DNA from: Marsupella aquatica
Lineage: Eukaryota > Plantae > Marchantiophyta
Direction of reading: 5' to 3'
Length of the DNA: 64,000 bases
Assembly (NCBI GenBank): GCA_973895155.1
Contig: OZ316894.1
Coordinates: forward strand, 23,744,709 to 23,808,708
Below the pieces are notes generated by a model that was given only the letters and a program-made list of their open reading frames with translations, was not told the origin of the DNA and made no database searches. A program made the position numbers and the translations under genes. Below, one piece after another: positions 51,272-61,139 of this stretch; the stretch's first letter is position 1; each line of letters opens with the position of its first letter.

Positions 51272-54200
51272 CTATAAACCATTTGCGTTGTGCCTCTGCA
51301 ACACAAGTCTGACTTCTCCAACTGTCAAAATCGGCTGGCTACACAGGGTAGACTCCTCTACATGAAACTTGAAGACATTTATGAACACCCAGTACAAATG
51401 TTTACAGGGCATATACGGCTTGCCGCGGGAATGACGACGGAAGAAATCCTCACAGGAACAAGTAGGGAAGATGCACATTTGGACAAAGTAAGTGTTTGGC
51501 GATTGAAGGTTCTCGTGAGTCCGTATTCTGAATTGTTTCCCATAAGCAATTCCACTAATCACATCCCACTCTCCATCCAGAGTCATAGCTTCTTTTCGAG
51601 CCGACTCCATTCGTTTACTATGAGCCACAGTTAGATTAGAGCGAGGTCTAGAGTTCCTCCCATTCCTGCTACGAAGGCGCACGTTGGGCTCCGCAAAATT
51701 GATTTTCTCTGGAAATGTGTTAACATTGATTCTCAAGTCGAATGCAAATGGTGCAGTTCGAGTTCGAGAGGGCGCAGCTGTTTGGACCATAGAGACTCCC
51801 TGCGCTTGAAGGTACTCTATCTCGCCAGGCGAGAGGTTTGTTCCTTTCACAACTGGCAGGATGTCCGGCACAGGAGGAAGGCGTTCAACACCACGACGCG
51901 GGCGGCTCTTGTAGCATGTGCTGTTTGGGCAGAACCATATCATTTCGGCAATGGGAGTTCCTCTGAAAATGCAATGTCCGCTGACAACAATGCCGACAAC
52001 ACCGGCAGCAGAATGGAACCCTATTTTCTTGACACGATTTCGACACTCATCTCTGTCAGAATTTCCATGCAAGGTCCCATTACACTGTGGCCCTGCCCCA
52101 TATTTGGCCGTCCGTCTCAAATGCCAGCTTCCTCTTGGAACGTCCATTTCCAATGGAGCTGATTCTGTCGGCAAACGTTGAACCACAGCGGGGGCACTGC
52201 GTGGTTGTTGAGATGATGTTGTTTCCCTTGTGGCTTCAGGGGTGTTCGCAAGGGAATCGCTTTCACTTGTTGAAGTGTCACTCCCGCAGAGGTCTACTAC
52301 ATGATCTACTACATTGGCGGGAATGGAAGTGAACTCAATCTTGTTGAGATTCTTCCATTTGAATCCTCGAGTATTTGGGGTAGTGATGAGAATGGTGTCA
52401 TGCCGATGGGAGTCTTGTGGCGAGACAATCCCAGTTGCAAGTCCCTTCCTCTTAACCGATTTGGTGACAATATCTCCATTCAGAGGAGAATTCCTACCCA
52501 GATCAAAATCGGCAGAGTTGGAAAGAATCATGTTAGTGGCTTCTTCGAATAACTTGGGTGAACCTGCTTGGTCTGCCGAACGGAATGCCAATTCCCAGAT
52601 AGTTGGCCCCTTCCCTCTATTGAGTCCTTTCCGATATGCACCGTAACCTGCAACTTGAGATATAGCCCGATTTTGATCAACTTCGCATGCTTCGAAGAGG
52701 CCCACCATTTTTTTGGTTGCCCATGCTTTCATTGAAGCGTGCCTTGACTCAGAACCTGTACAGTTTGGAATGAGGGCACCTTCTTCTGCGCTTTTGCTCT
52801 GCAATGAAGTGGATCCAGACCAACTTTAGTCAATTTGTTTAAGCAGTGCCAGGCGCTAGCAATGTATATAATATACATTAATGTAATGTTGGTATTATCA
52901 AGTGTTCATAAGTCATGAATGTGGCAAAGTTCTCTGTACAGTTTAAAGTAGCGCCAGGCGCTAGCATTGTGTATGATGTAATAATATAATGTTGGCCAGG
53001 CGCTAGTAAAAAACATGGCAAAGTGACTATTGTAAGCATTGATAAAACTTACCACGCGAATGAAATTCCCCCACTGACGCCATCGAACGACCCACCATGA
53101 TATCCAACTCTGCAACATCATCAATTTTCTTGGAACACAGTTGCCTGCTTGCCACCATAACACAATCTCCCTAGAAACTCGGTACGCAGCAACAAATGAT
53201 ATATGGAGCATTTCGCAATTTCTCCCACAGTCTTAGATGTTCAGGTTGCCTACCCTCGAGTACTCCCTCTATGGAATGTCGATGGAAAGACTGGTAAAAG
53301 TGGAATGCATCGGAACGTTCACGTTTAGGGTCTGGGTGACCCCCAAAAAAGACATTGCGAACGGCAATCCATCCAGCCTAAGCATTGTCGGCCATAAAAC
53401 CTTGAATGGTAACCTCATGTAACCCATTTTCCTTACAAACCTCTATCATAATTCTCCATGCCTTCTCAAAGGACTCTGTGTCTTCAGCTTTTAGTTCGCA
53501 TGTGAATATTGTACAAAGAGCTCGAAAGTTGTGATCGTAAACGTGTGCGCTAAAAGTAAACCAGTCGGTTGTCACTCGCTTCATGACATCAAAACTCACC
53601 CAAGCCCCTTCCAGTCTTCCGCCAGGTTGCATCTGACGTAAAAGATCTACACCAGATCCATGACCCTTGACTGACATTTTGAATATGTGGGGACAATCTG
53701 CTAAACAACGCTGACCCAGAAGAAGATACCTTCAGAGAAAAGAAATATTATTTGACCGTTGCATTCGAGCTAGGAAATCTAACTCACCACGACCAGCCTG
53801 GTCCATTAGAACGCTGCGACAAAGGGACGCAAATTTCTGAGGAGTAGATAGAACCATGAGAGACTTCCAAATTTTGGTTTCTTCAATATCTACGATGTCG
53901 TCAACGTTCTCGCAAAGAGCTTTCACAAGCGAACCAGTCGCCGAATTCAAAATCCCAGCCGGTTTTGCAAGAGGATTGGCTTCGTGATTTCTTTTTATTA
54001 AGTCCTCAGCCATCTTTTCAGCACTCCTGGAGAAAACTTTTCTACTCGGATGATTATGTTCACCTATATGTACCGCGAGCCGAGACATGTGACTACAGGT
54101 TTCTGTATCAAGTAGGACCTGTGGATACATATAGAACAAGCGAGCAGGGCAAGAGTCCACACAAAAAGGAATCTTTTCACAGTAGTGACATACTATACCA

Positions 54201-55079
54201 CCCTCTTCAATGAGCGAACCCACCACATGCTGGCCACTAAGCTTAGGGGTACCAGCCCACGCTTTAGAATTGCATCTCTTCTTTCGCAAAAAATATTCAC
54301 AGGACTTGTTCCTGCACTCGACGAACCCAGTACAACTGACTTTACCAAACTCCCAGTGTTTTTTTGGTTGCACGTTTGCGGTCGTCGGAAAAATCCTGGT
54401 CCAAATGTAACAATCTTTGGCACGGTCCATGTCACGAAGTCTAGATCCTTTGGACTGCATTCCCACAATGGGAGGCAATTCAAATACAATATTTCCGTTG
54501 TACTTGTTTGGCAAACAAGGAACTTGATCATGTCGAAAGTCCCCTGCCGAGATAAATCTTGACAATTCACTATGGCCTGTGGCCTTGAGTAAGGCGTCCA
54601 TTGCACTCCGCGCGGTAAACCTTCTGGACATCTCCGGAAGTGGCCACCGGTTCACTCTTAAGGCAACTAGAGCTTGGAGCTTTGTGCTTCTCAGGAGGAT
54701 TGGGCGCAACTTCCTCATCTTCACTCTCAGATATTTCAACAACCTGGGGCGGAATGTCCTGAACAACCGATTGAAGAGGAGTAGGTCTGACATGAAGCAT
54801 GTAATGAAGTCCTACATTCATGTGCCAGAAACGTATTCCGTCATCCACATCAAATGCCGCAGCTGGTTCATGTCCTCCACTCGATGACTCCTCAGGAACA
54901 ATCGATAGAATGTCATTGATTCTCAAATCGAATCTCCCACACAGATAGTTCTCGCTTACTTGCCTGTAAGTATCAGAAACCTGCACGGGAACTTTGATGA
55001 CTTCCCGGGTACAAGCACGTGTAATAACAATTGAGCACGACATTGTAGACGAAAGAAGTTTAGGCCAGAAGTAATTCAT
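51272..55079 (-). pseudogene. MULE-type transposase (WRKY/GCM1-like Zn finger, DDE core, C-terminal SWIM), disrupted
   Basis: SCTGFVEC...CHYC...C...HIGEHNHP; candidate catalytic residues in VSFDVMKR, FMADNA and TGSESRHASMK; SWIM CSCEDF...PCKHLYWV. GT-AG intron 53052-52799; in-frame stops at 53732-53734 and 53378-53380; frameshifts near 54640 and 53200. Confidence 0.82.
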
Positions 55080-55969
55080 GCAATAGCCCAATCCCAACCG
55101 TATTTCTTGTGCTTATAACACCCCTTCAAGGACCACCGGCCGTTGAAAGAGACGTTTCAATATGACATAGAACACGCACAACTTTGCGTCCGTTGAAATC
55201 ATAAATGATACATTTGTCGTTTTTGCCCGTCAAGTGCGGGTGTCAGGAATATTTATTACATGAATACGACTAGATAGTAGTCTATACAAGTGCTTCCATT
55301 TCATTAGCGTAGGGCGCTACCTAAAAGCCATTGGAATAACAATGACATAATATGAAAAGTATTCTGACTAGCGCCTGGCGCTAGCATAATTACACACGAA
55401 ATATTGATGCAAATATAGTAAATTTTTACTAGCGCCAGGCGCTAGTATTGATACAATAAACTTAATCTCATAATATTAAGTAAAGTTTGGTTACTACAGG
55501 TGAAACAGGTACATTTAGGAGTTTGTTGACAATATCTATTTCTTAAAAAGAACGTTAATCAAATTGTTCAAATGGCTAGCGCCGGGCGCTAGCATTTGTT
55601 CACCAATAAGTTCTTCAATTTGGTAGTCTCTTATTCGTTAGCGCCCGGTGCTGGCATTGCATGTTTGTCTGCAAGGTGCTGAGACAACGGTAACTTTTAA
55701 CGGTAACTAATGTTCAGCGTGATTATCACGCAAACATTTTAGCGTAGTTCACATTAATACTTATCGCAATTTCTAAGTTGTCGCTTTCCGTCACTGATAA
55801 ATTAAATTGAATCTTGTCGTTCACAATGAGTAACGTCTCTCCAACCGATTACAAAGAGGGGAATAGCGCTCATTGATCGGATATAATACGGACGCAACTG
55901 TTAATATGGTACGAAGAACTGGTAATTAGTCGTGAGGATTCCGTTCGTACACCTTTCATCGTAAAGACG

Positions 55970-58900
55970 ATGGATGCAATCCCCTCCTCGTCGAGGGGGT
56001 ATAGTGTGGTTGGGGATCAGGATCGTGGGTATTGCGAGTCTTCTGAGTCTTCATTCTCTGGTTCAATGTATACGCGTCGAGTAACGAGGTCCACCGCATC
56101 GCTTGTTCCAATCTCAAGTATTTCGTTTGCCAAACTAGCGAGAAAGAAGATGGAGAATCTTGACACATTTGCGATTCAAGATGTTTCATTTTCCAAGATG
56201 GATCTTATTTCGAAACATGTCATGTCGTTTGGGAAGGATTTCAGAGGGTTTGACAAAGAGCCTCCACAAATTCCACTATGTCGATTGGTGCATATGGAGG
56301 TTGTCCGAACTCTACAGAAAGACAGTTCTTCCATCGACAAGCTAAAAGACTCTTTCCGTAGCATGGGATACAATTCTTCGATTGGAATGAGGTTTTACGT
56401 TCAGCCTACCGATGCTGAGGGAGCGCTTCTCACCTGTACTCAAGAAACTCGTGAGAGTTGGGATCCAATATGGACATCTGAGAACGAGAAATTCGAGGAA
56501 GAATGTGCTGCCGACCCAGATTTTCTAGTTTTGAAGGATAGAATGTTCTCAGTTTTTGACGGGAACCATAGGCTTTACTCGTGGACTCTTGTCACTCAAG
56601 AGAGTCCCGAAAACCCAAAGTACCACCCGCGTGTGCTTTGTACTGTTTTCAATGGCGACAAGGGTTCGTTGATAGAAATCAAAGCGGCTATGCACACCGT
56701 TAACCAGTAAGATACCCTTTTGTGCAGAACTTCGTGAGTCATTATGAATTGTTCATTCTTTCTAGCATAACTTTCCGAGGCCATGTTTTGCGAGCGCCCG
56801 GCGCTGCTTATATGTTCTCATTTCATTCTTTTATTTCAGGCTAGGACAAGCAGTTGTGGAACCCTCCTGGATCCTAGATGCCGATCGAATTAAGCGGATC
56901 TTGATGCACGACCTGGAGTACTATAGTAAGCTCATCGACCCTGCAAATTACAAGAAGTTTGAGCAGATCAGGGTGAAGACGCGAAAAGGATCCTGGTACA
57001 CAAAGAAGATACCTCAGGAGGCTCTTTTGTACATTCTATGTCAGGATAAGATTGTCGTATTCGAACCAGTTCAAGATTGACATGGAGTCCGCTGCGGCCC
57101 TCGGTACCCCTTGGTCGGTCGAGGAGGTTTCTAGAAGGCATGCCATTATGATGAAGGAAGCAACCAAGGAATGGGTAGTTAAGACCTCGAAAATCACTCC
57201 TTTGTTGAGTCCAGAGTTTGAGGACTTTCTATCTATGTGCACAGAGATGTATGCTGTCACTGAGAGGAATAAGCGAGAGAAGAAGCCAGATACCGTGTTG
57301 TGTACCATGGACCGGGCCAGGCTTTTTACAGCTGTTTCGGCTCTTGACGCCAAGCTACGAAGTACTTTGCTTGTAGCACATTGCAATCCGGAGCTCCGGA
57401 GACAATTCTTCCATCCGAATAGCGTCAATGATGATCCAGTCAAACAGTGGTGTCACACTTGGATTACATGGAATAATGTAGAAGGGATTGCGGTGGGGAT
57501 GTTGCAATGTGCTCTACGAGAGGTCCAACAAACCATTCCCGTGAATCGCTTACAAGATTGGGCATGTGAATCATTCGAATCTCTCATTGAAATAGTTACG
57601 AATGATTTTAGGAAATATGGTGACTCTGTCAAGGGTAAGTTTTTTAATACAATGTGGCCCTCGAAGTATCCTGACAAAGAGGATTACTCTTTGAAGAACC
57701 AGAAGCGAGCAAAACGGTATCTCTACCGTTTTTACATCCACATGGAGGCTACCAATCCTGATTACTTCTGGGCGTATCCCGCCGCCTTCCTCAAGTGGAC
57801 TGTCTTACCGGAGAGTAATTCTTTAGTTGAATTGTATTCTATGTATCCTACCGAGGGAATTTTCCCAGCAAGACCTTTGAGTGAATGGGAGAGAACCCAT
57901 TGTCCATGGTACCTGGATACAGATAGATGGGACTCGCCCTTTGATCACAGAGAAAAGGATGCTTTCCATAAGCTGTCTAAGTCCCAGATCCCAGTCAACG
58001 TTGTTTCTGACATGAAGCAGGGGCTTCCGGATGATGTGGATCAATCCACAACAGAATTGCAAATAATATGCGAGACAACAATTGTTCATGTTGACCGAAG
58101 CAGGAAGCCTCGCGCCAAAGCAAAAGCAGATCTACGGCCCCAAGTGAATCAACAAGATCTGGGAAAAAACGTAAGTATAATTTGTTTCCTTTGGTTAGCG
58201 CCCGGCGCTGCTATGGCAATCAATATCTGTCACATTGTTAGCGCCCGGCGCTGCTATGGCAGTCAATATCTGTCACATTGTTAGCGCCCGGCGCTGCTAT
58301 GGGAGTCCAAATCTGTTACATTGTTAGTGCCAGGCGTTGTTATGAGAGTCAACATTTTAGAAACTGAATTGGTATTTATTACTCGGAAAGATGTATATTT
58401 AAGGCCAAGTCTTATGATAGTTTGGCCAGCGCTGGGCGTTAGCATTGTCGTTGTCTCTTTATTGACGGATATCACGTCGACATCCATTTGAACAGGAAGA
58501 AAGTCGGACGCCGTGGTGAGCGGAGATACAAAGATAGATGCCACCCCAGAGGCTTCAGAAGCCAATACCGGAGCACCATCCGATCCAATTACTCCCATCG
58601 ACAAAGGGAAGGCGATCGCGCCGGTGGATGCTACCAGTACAAGGAAGAAGAGAAAAAGGACCATTGAAGGTGGATCTTCTTCTCGAGAAAGTGCTGCTGC
58701 TGTAGGTCTTCAACGCGAAGTCGGGGACTTCAAGAGTAGACTTTCAAGGCATTGCCTTGTTGAATCTAGCATCTCAGAATTCTACGACTCAACGTTTAAC
58801 AAAGGGGAGAAGCCTGACTGGGTGAATGGTGTAGAGAAGTGGGGAAAGGATCTCATGAAGTCTGGCTTTCGAGAGAAGGGCATTGTGCGTGGTGGAAAGG

Positions 58901-59855
58901 AGAGATCGTTTGGGGTCCACGCGGGTTTCATCTACCTTCCAACAGGACTTAAACCATCTCTGCTAGACAGAAAAGTTCCTAAATGAAATGTCCCTGACCA
59001 CACTTTGTCCACATCTTTCTTTCGTGGAATGGACCCATTTTTATCTGATGACGGAATGCTGGCCATTTTACATAACGGGGAATACGATCCGATGTCTCAG
59101 GTTATATTGGCTTGTCAAGATTCAAAGAAGTTTCATTGCATCTCGTCGCACAATGTTGTCATGTCAGTTCCAATATACGCGCCGAAGACTGATCGATAGG
59201 TAAATTTCTCATCGTGACATCTGGTTTGCCGTTAAAAAATTGTCTACAAATGCATCCATTGACATACCTTGCTTGGGTTATATTACAGATCTTCACGCTG
59301 AGGCTGGACGTCTTCTCTCGAGTGTCTGAAAAAGGGAAGGTGCCAAAAGACTCGAGGTTTAGACCTCTGTCTGCCACCGAAGATCCCTCAATAACAAATT
59401 TAATTGGACTTCCCTCTCTCAAAGTCGATCCAACACCTGAGATGGAATTTGCTGGAAATGCCCGATTGTCTGTTGGATTCATGCAATCTGTGATTGAGCT
59501 CATCACTCATCCTAGGGATATTTTCATGGATTGGATAGTGGGGTCGGGCAGCTCTTTTGTAGCTAGAGACTATTCTAGGAGGTTTGTAATTGGAGTGGAG
59601 AATAGGAAAGATTTCGTTGAGACTGGTTCCAAGGTGTTCTTAGATCTACTTTCTCCAAAGGAAGTCGAAACTTTGCCATCCCCAATTCAGCCACCCGAAA
59701 AGAAAAAGAGGGACAAGCTCCGTTCTGTACTCAATTTTGACTCTGATGATGAGTCAAGTGGTGGTACAGCAGACGAAGATGAGGATGGCACACCTGAGGG
59801 GAAGGGTCAGGAACAATCCGCTGGCCAGAGTGACAGCGATGACTCTTCCGAGTAA
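55970..59855 (+). pseudogene. Transposon cargo gene: ParB/Srx-like N-terminal domain plus C-terminal N4C/N6A (beta-class) DNA methyltransferase-like domain, disrupted
   Basis: IPLCRLVHMEVVRTL...IDKLKDSFRSMGY and VFDGNHRL (56558-56572) fit ParB-N. FMQSVIELITHPRDIFMDWIVGSGSS...SRRFVIGVE (59478-59600) fits N6_N4_Mtase motifs X/I/II. Introns at about 56707-56839, 58171-58495 and 59200-59288; frameshift ~57060; stops at 58984 and 59197. Confidence 0.72.
58196..58345. repeat. 43-bp tandem repeat (x3-4) carrying the palindrome, inside a cargo-gene intron
   Basis: TAGCGCCCGGCGCTGCTATGGCAATCAATATCTGTCACATTGT unit at 58196, 58239, 58282 and (degenerate) 58325. Confidence 0.9.
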
Positions 59856-60668
59856 TGTTATGAAACTCGTAAGCTTCTTTCTCCTTTCCAGTTCCTTCAT
59901 GCCTTTGTGATATCCATTCATACAATCGGTTGACGAACTTCTGTTCTCACCCAGGTCCGAATGGAATACGAGAAGACGCTTCAAACTCAGAAGAAAGGTA
60001 GCTCGTTTTGAAATTGTCACTCCGGAGAAACCATTTGTGTTACCCTCTTACGCTGAGAATGCTGCAAGAATGGAAGACAATCAGAGGACTCTTTGTTGGG
60101 AAAACAAAGGTCTCCGGCTACGAAGAGAAGTTGATAGAAAATTTGTCCGAAATCCTTATGTAGACGACATTTGTAGGAGCAAGTATGTAGATGACGAGGC
60201 GGTCTCTACCGAGAGGTCACAGAGCTCCGAATCGGAATCGTCCGATTCTTAAAGATTTTTTTCGGCTTACATTTTACCAGCGCCGGGCGCTGTTATCTTA
60301 ATCCATTTATTTATCATATTAGATATGATTTGTTTACATTACATTGATAATAAAATGGATTAAATTCCTCATTTCCCTTACTAGCGCCGGGCGCTCCCCA
60401 AACGTCTATTTTTCTACTTGCGAATTTTGAATCCTCCGTCCGTTCCTTGGCCCCGCATATTTTGTCGCTATCGGAATAGTCGTCTCTTTCTCAACGGTCC
60501 TTTTTGCGTTGAACCTTTCTGTGATACGTTTTTTCTGATCTCCGAACCTAAACTCTCCATTGGGTCACTCTTGCAAGTTATTTCAAACACAACCTCTCTC
60601 GAAGTCGAGTCATTTCAACACCACCGGTCTTGTCATTACCCTCGATTGCGTTTATCAGTGCCCACCAG

Positions 60669-61139
60669 ATGGAGAAGAAGGAGATCATGTCTTTGGAGGA
60701 GATGCTTGCCTTCTTTGCTCCTTCCAGAGTTCGACCGGACGAGAGTCACTTTAGCTCCTTCGAGTCCATTCATGGTGACACATCCAGCGAGACCTCGACC
60801 TTCCGGAATCATTTTTCTCTTCCTTATGATGAGGCGATTAGTCCTGGGGAGAGGAACTTACCTTGGATTAACGACCGGGACACTCCGCTCGCAGTGGTTG
60901 ATCATTTTTTGTTTCATTCTCTCGTTCCTGCTGATGGTATTCAGCCTATTGAGCTACGAGTACAAGAGCGACTGGGATGTGTTGACTTCCTAGATACAAA
61001 TGTTCCAGACCCCGGGAATCAGAGTTCAGAGTTTTGGCGCCCCTTGTCTCCTTATGTGCGTCTCAGGGGTCTAGGTTTCAAGCAAAACCACAGACGTGCT
61101 AGGGCGGGCATCGACGACGACTGCCAATTGCAGAGCTAA
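60669..61139 (+). CDS. Third ORF inside the MULE, unknown product (~156 aa)
   Basis: Uninterrupted ATG ORF MEKKEIMSLEEMLAFF..., bracketed by palindrome clusters and free of the motif itself. Confidence 0.4.
   Translation: MEKKEIMSLEEMLAFFAPSRVRPDESHFSSFESIHGDTSSETSTFRNHFSLPYDEAISPGERNLPWINDRDTPLAVVDHFLFHSLVPADGIQPIELRVQERLGCVDFLDTNVPDPGNQSSEFWRPLSPYVRLRGLGFKQNHRRARAGIDDDCQLQS

Noticed and set aside
58196-58345. Regularly spaced palindromic repeats resembling a CRISPR array
   Set aside because: The 'spacers' are near-identical (a simple 43-bp tandem unit), there are no cas genes, and the array lies in an intron of eukaryotic DNA.
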